A stretch of 64,000 nt of DNA, taken from positions 192,068-256,067 of the forward strand of contig JACKFK010000004.1 in assembly GCA_020632515.1 (NCBI GenBank). The letters run 5' to 3'. The notes under the pieces are model-generated. The model saw only the letters and a program-made list of their open reading frames with translations, was not told the origin of the DNA and made no database searches. This document shows, one piece after another, positions 19,290-28,077 of this stretch (position 1 is its first letter; the number at the start of each line of letters is the position of its first letter). This DNA comes from Candidatus Omnitrophota bacterium (GTDB taxonomy: Bacteria; Omnitrophota; Gorgyraeia; Zapsychrales; Zapsychraceae). The position numbers were made by a program, and so were the translations under genes.

Positions 19290-20675
19290 ATGTTGGACAG
19301 GGTTTCAAGTTATGTGTCTTTTTTAGCGCAGAATAGTTATCTTTCCTTAAAGGGTGCAGCTGTTAATTCAATTAAATATTGCAAGAAATTTTATAACCTT
19401 TTAAACGAATTAGAAAAAACAGATAAGTATTCTTTTGCGGAGCTGCAAAATTTGCAGAATGAAAAACTGCGGCGTCTGGTAACGCATTGCTATGAATTTG
19501 TTCCTTACTACCGCCGGGTTTTTCAAGAGTTAAAACTGACCCCTAGTGATATCAAAACCAAAGAGGATTTATTAAAACTCCCTTTGATGGATAAGAATGT
19601 TTTAAGGCAAAACTATCAGGATTTTATTGCCACCAATGTGAATCGGCGTCATTTGCGAGATGGATGGACCACCGGCACGACCGGAAATCCAATCAACGCG
19701 TTAAGAGATAATCATTCAATTATTTTTGAAAATGCCATGAAATGGCGTCATCGCCGCAAGGTTGGTGTTGATATTACGGATCGTTGCATCGCGGTGTGGG
19801 GAACTATTTGGGACGATCAAATAGTCCCGACTAATCTTAAGCGTCCGCCTTTTTGGCGTTATAACTTGGCAGACCGGCAGTTGTTGATAAGTTATTATCA
19901 TATGAGCGTACTGACGCTGCCGCTGTTTATGAAAGAAATTGAACGGTTTAAACCGCAATATATCGAAGGTTTTCCATCGAGTATTTTGATTTTAGCGAAG
20001 TTTTTAAAAGCAAGAAATCAGACATATCCGTTAAAGGCAGTATTTACTTCGTCTGAGAATTTGTATGAAATTCATCGCAAGGAGATTGAAGAAACTTTTG
20101 CAACAAAAGTTTATGATCTTTATGGGCAGTCAGAACGGGTTTGTGTGGCCACGGAAACACCGCAAAATAGAAATTTGGAAGTAAACATGGAATATGGTGT
20201 ATTAGAATTGATTCATCAAAATAAACCGCAGATAGAAGGAGCTTCAGGTTCTATTGTGGGAACAGGATTGAATAATTACGCAATGCCGTTGCTTCGTTAT
20301 GAGACCAATGATTTGGCAGTTGTTCAAGAGGCGGCCTCAACCGGATTTAATACACCTATTATTGAACGGTTAATGGGGCGGGAGTCTGATTCCATTAAGA
20401 CATCGGATGGACGGATTATCCCGGGTAACGGAATCATGTCGGCTTTTCATGGTCTGAAAAATGTTCAAGAATCACAAATTATTCAGGAAGATTTAGAACA
20501 TTTGATTATTAAAGTGAAATTAGTCAATGATGAAGAAGGTTTTAATTCTGCTGAATTAATAAAAAATTTAAAGACATATGTCGGTAGTGCAATGAATATC
20601 GAAATTAAGATTCAAAAAGATATTTTTGGCTCTTCTCAACGTAAACATCGTTGGGTTGTTTCGGAGATTGAATAA
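19290..20675 (+). CDS. CapK/PaaK-like adenylate-forming enzyme, copy 2
   Basis: The TTGTTGNP AMP-binding core is collinear with ORF 15480..16811 (FPSSILILAKF vs YPASAYLLAEY; DLYGQSERV vs DIYGQAERV). Confidence 0.75.
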   Translation: MLDRVSSYVSFLAQNSYLSLKGAAVNSIKYCKKFYNLLNELEKTDKYSFAELQNLQNEKLRRLVTHCYEFVPYYRRVFQELKLTPSDIKTKEDLLKLPLMDKNVLRQNYQDFIATNVNRRHLRDGWTTGTTGNPINALRDNHSIIFENAMKWRHRRKVGVDITDRCIAVWGTIWDDQIVPTNLKRPPFWRYNLADRQLLISYYHMSVLTLPLFMKEIERFKPQYIEGFPSSILILAKFLKARNQTYPLKAVFTSSENLYEIHRKEIEETFATKVYDLYGQSERVCVATETPQNRNLEVNMEYGVLELIHQNKPQIEGASGSIVGTGLNNYAMPLLRYETNDLAVVQEAASTGFNTPIIERLMGRESDSIKTSDGRIIPGNGIMSAFHGLKNVQESQIIQEDLEHLIIKVKLVNDEEGFNSAELIKNLKTYVGSAMNIEIKIQKDIFGSSQRKHRWVVSEIE

Positions 20676-20880
20676 GTCAATAAGTTGCTAGAACAAGTCA
20701 CAAAGTCACAAAGTCAGCTATCAGTCATCAGCGTTCAGCTATCAGAAAGTATAGTCTCCTGTCGCCAGGATACAGTGACCAGTGAAAAAGTTACAAAGCC
20801 ACAAAGTCGCAGATATTTTGTAATCTAGCAACTTTATGACACGGTGACTTTGCAACATTGTGACTTTATAACTTTTAAAT
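20676..20880 (+). repeat. intergenic repeat mosaic S1 (contains empty IS target site)
   Basis: Contains TAAGTTGCTAGAA (20681-20693), 2 x GTCACAAA (20697-20712) and 5 x CAGNNNT heptamers (20715-20749). Also contains hairpin GTCTCCTGTCGCCAGGATAC (20754-20773) and inverted GTGAC boxes up to the ATG. Confidence 0.9.
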
Positions 20881-22098
20881 ATGAATAAAACATTACAACA
20901 ACTTTATCAGTATGTGAAACAGGAAAATTTTTCCGGCTGGGATCCTTTTGACGGTTTAAACAGCGTTTATTTTAAGGAAAGCTTTTTTTATAAAAGTGAA
21001 TTTTTGCGTTTGTGCTGGATTCAACTTTTTAAACAGTCTCCTTTGAATTTACGTTCTGCCTTGAAGGTGCCGAAAAGTTTAAATCCTAAAGGGGCAGCGT
21101 TATTTCTTTCCGGATTAGTAAATTTGCATGAAGCCACGGCTGAACAACACTATTTAACAGACGCGCAAGAGCTATTTCAACAATTGATACGTTTGCAGCT
21201 TAACACGAAAACAGGTATTGGCTGGGGGTATAATTTTGATTGGCAGGCAAAGGCTTTTTTTGTGCCCGAAGGCACGGCTAATGTGGTGACAACAGTTTTT
21301 GTGGGGCAGGCATTGCTGGATTATTGGAAATGGGCGGATCAAAAGCAACGTGAGGAAATTAAAAATATCATTTTGGGTGTGGTTAATTTTATCTATAATG
21401 AAATGATCATTTGGCAAACAGAGAGCCAGTTATGTTTTGCCTATATACCGCAGAAAAAAACAGAAGTCCATAACGCGAATCTAATGACGGCTGCTTTTTT
21501 AGCGCGGGTGTTGACTTTTTCAGATATTAAAAAGAGTATCCCGCTTGATTTAAAGGCTCTTATAATTAAAGCGGTAGAATTTTCGACGGAAGATATTGAC
21601 GATGATGGGTATTGGCCGTATGGCACCATGGATCATCATCGGTGGATGGATAATTTTCATACAGCTTTTAATCTGCAGGCATTACTGCAAATAAAAGATT
21701 CTTTAAAATTAACAGATTATGATAATACGATTGAACAAGTCTATCATTATTACATTTGGGAACTTTTTTTAGAAGATAGCCGGCCTAAATATTATCATAA
21801 TAAATTATTTCCGGTGGATATTCACACCATCGCTGAAGCGATTATTTTGTTAACACAAGTATTGTCAAAAAAATATAACAATCGTGATGGAGAAAATATT
21901 TTTACCCAGCAGAATATCTCTCAATCTAAGGAATTGCTAAAGAATTTACAACAATATGTGGAAGATGAATTTTTTAATGAGCAGGGATATTTTTATTATC
22001 AGCAAGGTAAGTATTTAAAAAACAAAATTCCTTATATGCGCTGGAGCCAGGCGTGGATGTTTAAAGCGCTGGCGGTGCGAGAAAAGAGACAGGCTTAG
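20881..22098 (+). CDS. hypothetical protein, probably alpha/alpha-barrel glycan-modifying enzyme
   Basis: No catalytic motif recognised. Aromatic-rich helical repeats (GIGWGYNFDWQ, DDDGYWPYG, HRWMDNFHTAF) resemble (alpha/alpha)6 epimerase/lyase-like proteins found in polysaccharide loci. Confidence 0.35.
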   Translation: MNKTLQQLYQYVKQENFSGWDPFDGLNSVYFKESFFYKSEFLRLCWIQLFKQSPLNLRSALKVPKSLNPKGAALFLSGLVNLHEATAEQHYLTDAQELFQQLIRLQLNTKTGIGWGYNFDWQAKAFFVPEGTANVVTTVFVGQALLDYWKWADQKQREEIKNIILGVVNFIYNEMIIWQTESQLCFAYIPQKKTEVHNANLMTAAFLARVLTFSDIKKSIPLDLKALIIKAVEFSTEDIDDDGYWPYGTMDHHRWMDNFHTAFNLQALLQIKDSLKLTDYDNTIEQVYHYYIWELFLEDSRPKYYHNKLFPVDIHTIAEAIILLTQVLSKKYNNRDGENIFTQQNISQSKELLKNLQQYVEDEFFNEQGYFYYQQGKYLKNKIPYMRWSQAWMFKALAVREKRQA

Positions 22099-22299
22099 CT
22101 TTCAGATATCAGCTATCAGAAAGAAGTCGTAACAGCTGATGACTGACAGCTGCGAAGCCAATAACTGATATGGTGACTTTGTGGCTAGAGTATTAGATTT
22201 GTATTGATGTGATCTTGCGACTTTCTGAAAGCTGACAGCTGACAGCTAAGAATCGGATAACTAACACGGTGACCTGGCAACTTTGTAACTTTTATTATT
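22099..22299 (+). repeat. intergenic repeat mosaic S2
   Basis: CAGNNNT heptamers, a degenerate GTGAC-box unit (GGTGACTTTGTGGCTAGAGTATTAGATTTG...), CTGACAG inverse heptamers and AAGAATCGGATAACTAACACGGTGAC. Confidence 0.85.
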
Positions 22300-23061
22300 A
22301 TGATTATTCCAACTAACAAACAGAGAATTCGTTTCTTCGGCGGGTATATTGATCCTCTTACCATGGAGGAAACCTTAAATTGTGTCGAAGAAATCATCCG
22401 CCGCCGGATTATGACCCAGCATGTGGTCATAAACGTGGCGAAATTGGTGATGATGCAGAAAGATGGGAATCTGCGGGAGGCTGTGAATTCGTGCCGGTTA
22501 ATTAACTGTGACGGCGCCGGGATTTTGTGGGCTGCACGGTTGTTAGGATTTAAAATACCCGAGCGGGTGGCTGGAATTGATCTAATGCTGAATCTGGTGA
22601 AATTAGCCGCGGAAAAAAAATTCAGAATTTTTCTTTTAGGCGCGACGAAAGAGATTTGTCTGAGAGTTGAACATAAATTTCAACAGCAGTATCCGGGGAT
22701 TCAGATTGTAGGTTGTCAGGATGGATATTTTAAAAAAGAGGAAGAGCTGACGGTTGTGGAAAAAATTAAAGACTCTTGTGCTGAGATTTTATTTGTGGCG
22801 TTGCCTAGTCCGAAAAAGGAAATCTTTCTGAATAAATATATCCAGCAAATGCAAGTTCCGTTTGTTATGGGGGTGGGTGGTAGTTTTGATGTAGTAGCAG
22901 GTAAGGTCAAACGGGCGCCGAAGTGGATGCAAGATTTTGGATTGGAATGGTTTTACCGGATGATCAGCGAGCCGGGACGGATGTGGAAAAGATATTTAAC
23001 AACGAATACTGTTTTTGCCTGGATGGTTTTAAAAGCATTGGTAACGGGGAAAAAGAATTAA
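22300..23061 (+). CDS. WecG/TagA/CpsF-family glycosyltransferase (GT26)
   Basis: FFGGYIDPLTMEETL...INCDGAGILWAARLLG...ERVAGIDLM...FRIFLLGA are typical of the family. Confidence 0.85.
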   Translation: MIIPTNKQRIRFFGGYIDPLTMEETLNCVEEIIRRRIMTQHVVINVAKLVMMQKDGNLREAVNSCRLINCDGAGILWAARLLGFKIPERVAGIDLMLNLVKLAAEKKFRIFLLGATKEICLRVEHKFQQQYPGIQIVGCQDGYFKKEEELTVVEKIKDSCAEILFVALPSPKKEIFLNKYIQQMQVPFVMGVGGSFDVVAGKVKRAPKWMQDFGLEWFYRMISEPGRMWKRYLTTNTVFAWMVLKALVTGKKN

Positions 23062-23303
23062 AAGTCACATTGTTACCAGGTCACAAGGTCACCGTGTCCG
23101 AGCGGAAAATTAGCATTACAACTTTGTGACTAGAGCGTTAGATTTGTTTTGCTGTGACCTTGTAATTTTCTGATCGCTGAACGCTGACAGCTGAAATCTA
23201 AGAACCGGATAACTGACGTTGTGACATTGTGGCTAAAGCCTCGGATTTGTTTTACTGTAACATTGTGACTTTTAGAAATACATAATTTATTAAAGAGGAC
23301 AAT
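23062..23303 (+). repeat. intergenic repeat mosaic S3
   Basis: GTCACA boxes, two degenerate GTGAC-box units (…TAGAGCGTTAGATTTG…, …AAGCCTCGGATTTG…), and CTGAACGCTGACAGCTGAAATCTAAGAACCGGATAACTGAC. Confidence 0.85.
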
Positions 23304-24539
23304 ATGACAACAGAGAAATCTATGATGAAAAATTTTAAACAATCGCCGGTGGGCAAATCCATCGGTGTGTTCGTGAAATCTTTAAAACATCGCCCTTTTT
23401 ATAACGGGCATTGTAAAACGTTGCAAAAAGATCTCTTTTTTTCACCTAAGACGTATTATCCGAAAATTGTGGCTGATAGTATCCAGCAGCGACGGATTCA
23501 TCTTGATGAAACCATAAATTGGCTTTGCCGCGGACAAGATGCGAATCAGGATGGCGGGGTGGCGGTCGGGTATGGATTTCGTCAAGGATGGGGAGCGTCC
23601 TACCCGGAAACAACTGGTTACATTATTGAAACTTTTTACGAGTACGCGCAGCTAACTGGAGACGATCAATACCGCGCCCGCGCGCTAAAAATGGCGCAAT
23701 GGTTATTAAAGGTTCAAATGGAAAACGGCGCGTATCAAGGTTTTACTATTTCCGATAAAAAAGGCCCTGTGGTCTTTAATACCGGACAGATTATCTTTGG
23801 CTTGTTGAAAACGGCTTTGGAAACCCATGATGAAAAATTTTTAGAGGCTGCGCAGCGGGCTGGTGATTGGCTTGTAAATGTGCAAGACGCCAACGGCGCG
23901 TGGAGCCGGTACACATATAATGATTTCGCGCACGCGTATCACGCGCGGGTCGCCTGGCCGCTTCTTGAGTTGTATAAAATCACAAAAAAGGAATCTTATA
24001 AAACCGCGGCGATTCGAAATTGTGAATGGATTTTAACACTGCAGGATTCTAACGGCTGGTACCATCAAAACAGTTTTTTTAAAACAACGAACCCATTTAC
24101 GCATAATATTGTTTATACCACTCGGGGGATTTTTGAATCCGGCATGATTCTTAACGAAGAACACTACATTGCCTCGGCGGAAAAAGTTCTTAAGCCGTTA
24201 ATGGATTCCTTCGAACAAAAGAAATATCTTTGTGGTGAATTTAATGAAAAATGGGAATCTTCAGCTCGGTACAGTTGTTTAACCGGGAATTCGCAATTGG
24301 CTGTTTGTCTGTTTAAGTTTTATAAATTAAGAAACAAACAAGAATATCTCACCGCGGCTAAGAAGTTAAACCGTTATAATATGGCCGCGCAGGACATTGT
24401 TTCCTCAAATCCGGGAATTAAAGGCGGTATAAAAGGATCTGTGCCGGTATGGGGTGATTATATGAGCTTTTTCTGTCCGAATTGGGCTGCTAAATTCTTC
24501 GCCGACGCCCTGATGCAGGAAGTGTCAGTTTCAATCTGA
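23304..24539 (+). CDS. alpha/alpha-toroid protein with prenyltransferase/squalene-cyclase-like repeats
   Basis: Three QxxNG[AW][WY] repeats (KVQMENGAY, NVQDANGAW, TLQDSNGWY) about 50 aa apart. Good RBS AAAGAGGA. Confidence 0.45.
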   Translation: MTTEKSMMKNFKQSPVGKSIGVFVKSLKHRPFYNGHCKTLQKDLFFSPKTYYPKIVADSIQQRRIHLDETINWLCRGQDANQDGGVAVGYGFRQGWGASYPETTGYIIETFYEYAQLTGDDQYRARALKMAQWLLKVQMENGAYQGFTISDKKGPVVFNTGQIIFGLLKTALETHDEKFLEAAQRAGDWLVNVQDANGAWSRYTYNDFAHAYHARVAWPLLELYKITKKESYKTAAIRNCEWILTLQDSNGWYHQNSFFKTTNPFTHNIVYTTRGIFESGMILNEEHYIASAEKVLKPLMDSFEQKKYLCGEFNEKWESSARYSCLTGNSQLAVCLFKFYKLRNKQEYLTAAKKLNRYNMAAQDIVSSNPGIKGGIKGSVPVWGDYMSFFCPNWAAKFFADALMQEVSVSI

Positions 24540-24575
24540 AGAAAATAATTGAGAGTGAGTTGACGGTCAGTAAGA

Positions 24576-24836
24576 ATGCTTAAGGATGCTTGTGAAAAGA
24601 AATTGTTTGATGGAGAGTTAACATGTAAAGTCTTATTGCCAGAAGATATAATCGGTTTAAAAGTTCAAGCGATGATAAATGATCCACAGCGGCAAAAACA
24701 AGAAATGTTAGACATTGAGAGTTTATTAACGCTTGAGAATTACAGCGTTAATTGGAAAAAACTAGAAGAATATTTTCAGCTTTTTGAACTAACGGATGAT
24801 TTTAATATGTTAAAAAAGAGATACCAGAATGCTTAA
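24576..24836 (+). CDS. small hypothetical protein (possible C-terminal fragment of a nucleotidyltransferase-fold TA protein)
   Basis: IIGLKVQAMINDPQRQKQEMLDIESLL resembles the helical C-terminal part of NTase-fold proteins. It has an 8-nt overlap with the next small ORF. Confidence 0.3.
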   Translation: MLKDACEKKLFDGELTCKVLLPEDIIGLKVQAMINDPQRQKQEMLDIESLLTLENYSVNWKKLEEYFQLFELTDDFNMLKKRYQNA

Positions 24837-25050
24837 AGATTCTGAAAAAAAAGAAATGCTTAGACTGGCTGCGGCGGACAGTTTACGGTCGGATTTTCGC
24901 GAGCTTATTAAACGTAGACCGAAAGTATCAACAGACGCAAATACCGTGGACCTGGACTGTGTTATTAATTTTTTTAATATAGTTAATGCTTTTTGTAATC
25001 ATCAAAGAAAACCATTCCGCCGGATTATTGATAAAAATATGAAAATGTAA
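24829..25050 (+). CDS. small hypothetical protein
   Basis: The ORF is translationally coupled (ATGCTTAA overlap) to 24576..24836. No recognisable motif. Confidence 0.25.
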   Translation: MLKDSEKKEMLRLAAADSLRSDFRELIKRRPKVSTDANTVDLDCVINFFNIVNAFCNHQRKPFRRIIDKNMKM

Positions 25051-25101
25051 GATGTTTTTAAAATTGAAATAAGAACTGCTTTAATTAGTTGAAAGGAACA
25101 A

Positions 25102-26250
25102 ATGAAACGAACTAAAATTATTCTTGTCGCCGGAGCCCGGCCTAATTTTATGAAAATCGCGCCGTTGATGCGTGAATTTAAAAAACAAAAAAAATATTTT
25201 AACGCGAAGCTTTTGCACACCGGCCAGCATTACGATGTCAAAATGTCCGATGTATTTTTTAAGGAATTAAACATTCCGAAACCGGATATTTATTTAGGGG
25301 TTGGTTCTGGCTCGCACGCCGAGCAAACCGCGAAGATTATGGTTGAGTTTGAAAAGGTTGTCTTAAAAGAAAAGCCGGACATGGTCCTTGTTGTGGGTGA
25401 TGTCAATTCTACTATTGCTTGTTCCATGGTGGCCAGTAAACTGCATGTGAAGGTGATTCATGTGGAGGCAGGGTTGCGCAGTTTTGATCGAAAAATGCCG
25501 GAAGAAATTAACCGCGTGTTAACGGATTCGATATCCGATTATTTGTTTGTAACCGAGGAGAGTGGCATAGAGAATCTTAAGAACGAAGGAGTATCGCGCA
25601 AGAAAATTCATTTTGTCGGTAATACCATGATCGATACATTACTTTATAATATGGATAAGATTGATGCGTCGAGGATTTTGCATAAACTCAATTCTCAAAA
25701 ATTCTCTATTCGGCAGAACGCGTCAACAACGCCGATTCATTGGCGGGCGTATTCAATGTTGACATTGCATCGGCCCAGCAATGTCGATCATAAAGCGACA
25801 ATGATGGAAATATTTGAAATTATCAAATATATAAGTGCAAAATTGCCGATTATTTATCCTATTCATCCACGCACGAGAAAAATGATGGAAAAGCACGGGT
25901 TATTGAAAAAGTTTGAGAATCTAAAAAATCTTATTATGGTGGAGCCGTTGGGGTATGTGGATTTTCTTTTCTTAGTAAAAAACGCGCGTTTTGTCTTAAC
26001 TGATTCCGGCGGGATTCAGGAGGAAAGTACAGTTTTAAAAGTTCCGTGTTTAACAATGCGGGAAAATACAGAGCGTCCTGTAACAATGACCGTCGGCACC
26101 AATATCCTTGTTGGGCGAAATAAAATGAAATTATTCCGAGAAGTTAATAATATTTTAAAGAACCGTTTGGTTAAAGGACGGATTCCGAAATATTGGGACG
26201 GCTGCGCTGCCCAGCGGATTGTCAAAGTATTGAAAGCTAGTGGTAAGTGA
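25102..26250 (+). CDS. wecB: UDP-N-acetylglucosamine 2-epimerase (non-hydrolysing)
   Basis: KIILVAGARPNFMKIAPL...LHTGQHYD...MSDVFFKELNIPKPDIYLGVGSGSHAEQTAKIM...DSGGIQEE. Confidence 0.92.
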   Translation: MKRTKIILVAGARPNFMKIAPLMREFKKQKKYFNAKLLHTGQHYDVKMSDVFFKELNIPKPDIYLGVGSGSHAEQTAKIMVEFEKVVLKEKPDMVLVVGDVNSTIACSMVASKLHVKVIHVEAGLRSFDRKMPEEINRVLTDSISDYLFVTEESGIENLKNEGVSRKKIHFVGNTMIDTLLYNMDKIDASRILHKLNSQKFSIRQNASTTPIHWRAYSMLTLHRPSNVDHKATMMEIFEIIKYISAKLPIIYPIHPRTRKMMEKHGLLKKFENLKNLIMVEPLGYVDFLFLVKNARFVLTDSGGIQEESTVLKVPCLTMRENTERPVTMTVGTNILVGRNKMKLFREVNNILKNRLVKGRIPKYWDGCAAQRIVKVLKASGK

Positions 26251-26483
26251 TAAGTCAGAAACAAGTCATAAGGTCACAATGTCACAATGTCACAATGTCA
26301 CAAAGAGGCTAAGTCACAAGGTCATAAAGCTTCCGTTTTCTTTTTTTCTGGTCACCAGCGACTGGAGACCGGAGACTGATACACGGTGGCTTTGTGACAA
26401 AAGTTTCAGATATGCGCTGGTGTGACGTTGTGACTTTTACACGGTGACTTGGTGACTATTAGCTATCAGTCATCAGCCTTCAG
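26251..26483 (+). repeat. intergenic repeat mosaic S4a (left of IS copy 1)
   Basis: GTGGTAA/GTGATAA heptamers start inside the wecB 3' end (26240-26260). Eight phased 8-mers occupy 26265-26328. These are followed by the AAGCTTCCGTTTTCTTTTTTTCTGGTCACCAGCGACTGGAGAC module, one GTGAC-box unit and CAGNNNT heptamers. Confidence 0.9.
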
Positions 26484-26568
26484 TTAAAATGAATAATTGT
26501 GTCCTCCCATCCTAGGAGTTAACCTAGGATGAGAAAGAATAATAACCCAAAAAAGGAGGACACAAGTT

Positions 26569-27600
26569 ATGATAACAATCGGCGTTGATTTTCACAAGCA
26601 AACATCAAGTTACCATGTTTTAGATGAAAACGGAAAATTTCTTAAACGTTGTAAACTAAAAAATAATGAAGAAAATATCCGTAAATTTATTCAAAGTTTT
26701 CAAGGCCCAAAACAAGTCGCTATGGAAGCCACTCGTAATTGGGGAATATTTTTCGAATGTATCAAAGATTTAGTTGACGATTTTCAATTAGGACATCCTA
26801 AGAAAATGAAAGCCATAACAGACTCTGAAACAAAGAACGACAAGCATGACGCTCAAATGATTGCCAAACTAACTTACAGTAAGTTTTTACCTAAGGCTCA
26901 TGTAAGTCATTTAGACAATCGCCAATTACGAAGCCTTTTACGCTATCGTCATTTTCTTGTTAAGCAACGCCGCGCGATTCGTCAACAAGTTCAAACGTTA
27001 ATTGATCGTAATCTCTGGCCGTGTGATCGTCCCAAAGCGTTCAAAGATATCTTTTGTAAAAAAGGCATTCAATGGTTAAAAAGCATTACATTACATGAAA
27101 GAGAACGATTCATTCTCGATCAAGCATTAGAATCTTTTGAAGACTTAAGTCGGCGCATTCTTCAAATCGAAGATTACGTTAATCAACAAACAGCTGAACT
27201 TAAAGGCTTAGAATATTTACGAACAACGCCCGGCTTTAAAACAAGCCGTGTTAACGCCTATATTGTCTTATTAGAAACCGATGACATTCATCGTTTTCGT
27301 AAAGCGAACGGCTTTGCTCATTACGCCGGCTTAGTTCCACGTGAACATTCTTCAGGTTCAAAACAACGTCACGGCCGATTAGTTAAAAATGCTAATATGC
27401 ATTTAAGAACCGCTTTTATTGAATCAACTTTAGCCGCTATTCGTTTAGACAAAGGTCTTAAAAGTTATTACAAGAAAGTTAAAAAATCCAGCGGATCTGG
27501 CTCCGCCATCATTGCCTGTGCCCGTAAATTATCTTATGCTGTTTATCATGTTTTAAAAGATCAACGCCCTTATCGGGCTGAATCACCTGTAGCCGCCTGA
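26569..27600 (+). CDS. IS110-family (DEDD / IS116-IS110-IS902) transposase
   Basis: N-terminal ITIGVDFHKQ (DEDD RuvC-like). C-terminal YAGLVPREHSSGSKQRHGRLVKNANMHLRTAF. RBS AAAGGAGG. Confidence 0.92.
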   Translation: MITIGVDFHKQTSSYHVLDENGKFLKRCKLKNNEENIRKFIQSFQGPKQVAMEATRNWGIFFECIKDLVDDFQLGHPKKMKAITDSETKNDKHDAQMIAKLTYSKFLPKAHVSHLDNRQLRSLLRYRHFLVKQRRAIRQQVQTLIDRNLWPCDRPKAFKDIFCKKGIQWLKSITLHERERFILDQALESFEDLSRRILQIEDYVNQQTAELKGLEYLRTTPGFKTSRVNAYIVLLETDDIHRFRKANGFAHYAGLVPREHSSGSKQRHGRLVKNANMHLRTAFIESTLAAIRLDKGLKSYYKKVKKSSGSGSAIIACARKLSYAVYHVLKDQRPYRAESPVAA

Positions 27601-27780
27601 TAGCTGCCGCCTGTTTGCTTTTGCAATCGAGGTCTCTCTCAGTTTCGCGGTACTTGGTGATCAATTTTATTTTGAGTGTCTTTTTGACGACTCCAATACT
27701 AGCTTATTCACATTTTTTTGTAGTGACTTTGCGTTCTTTAAACATTTTTTTCGAACTATTGACACAATTATTCATACTAG
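27601..27780 (+). ncRNA. candidate transposon-encoded guide RNA region (bridge/seek-RNA-like), copy 1
   Basis: A 180-nt non-coding tail lies 3' of the transposase, versus only 85 nt at the 5' end. Internal ATACTAGCT (27696-27704) equals the right junction (27774-27782). Internal GCGTTCTTTAAACAT (27731-27745) resembles the left junction GCNTTCAGTTAAAATG. Confidence 0.35.
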
Positions 27781-28077
27781 CTATCAGAAAGTATAGTCTC
27801 CTGTCGCCAGGATACAGTGACCAGTACTGGTTGCTGAAGACTTGAGACTAGCGACTGATACCAACAACTGACACGGTGACATTGTGACAAGAGTTTCAGA
27901 TATGCGCTGGTGTGACATTGTGACTTTTACACGGTGACATTGCAACATTGGTTAAACCATAAACAAACCTCGGAGGTTTGTTTACGGTTATGAATCGGAC
28001 AGCTAACACGGTGACATTGTGACAAAAGTTTCAGATTTGAGCTGTTGTGACTTTTAAACTGATAACGAAAGGTTTTC
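27781..28077 (+). repeat. intergenic repeat mosaic S4b (right of IS copy 1)
   Basis: Rest of the heptamer module, hairpin GTCTCCTGTCGCCAGGATAC, the CCAGTACTGG palindrome, two GTGAC-box units and the 31-nt palindrome. Confidence 0.9.
27957..27987 (+). repeat. 31-nt palindromic hairpin element, copy a
   Basis: CCATAAACAAACCTC-G-GAGGTTTGTTTACGG (one A/C mismatch). Confidence 0.85.

Larger units (their letters stand above)
26484..27780 (+). mobile_element. IS110-family insertion sequence (IS1111-like layout), copy 1, 1297 bp
   Basis: Boundaries were set by comparison with the uninterrupted site at 20715-20773. Flanks rejoin as ...CATCAGCNTTCAG|CTATCAGAAAGTATAG.... Dinucleotide AG is present at both junctions. 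Subterminal IRs are ATGAATAATTGTGTC (26489-26503) and GACACAATTATTCAT (27761-27775). Confidence 0.9.

Noticed and set aside
26240-26425. ORF-track entries that lie in the repeat mosaics: 22185..22430(-), 23130..23342(-), 26240..26425, 27615..27845, 30903..31133, 32221..32418(-), 33804..33989(-), 39151..39417, 39200..39403, 41335..41571(-), 33484..33798(-).
   Set aside because: Their translations are low-complexity echoes of the 7- and 8-mer arrays (e.g. KSQGHKVTRSQGHKV). They have no RBS, they overlap IS ends or promoters, and they occur on either strand wherever the repeats happen to lack stops.
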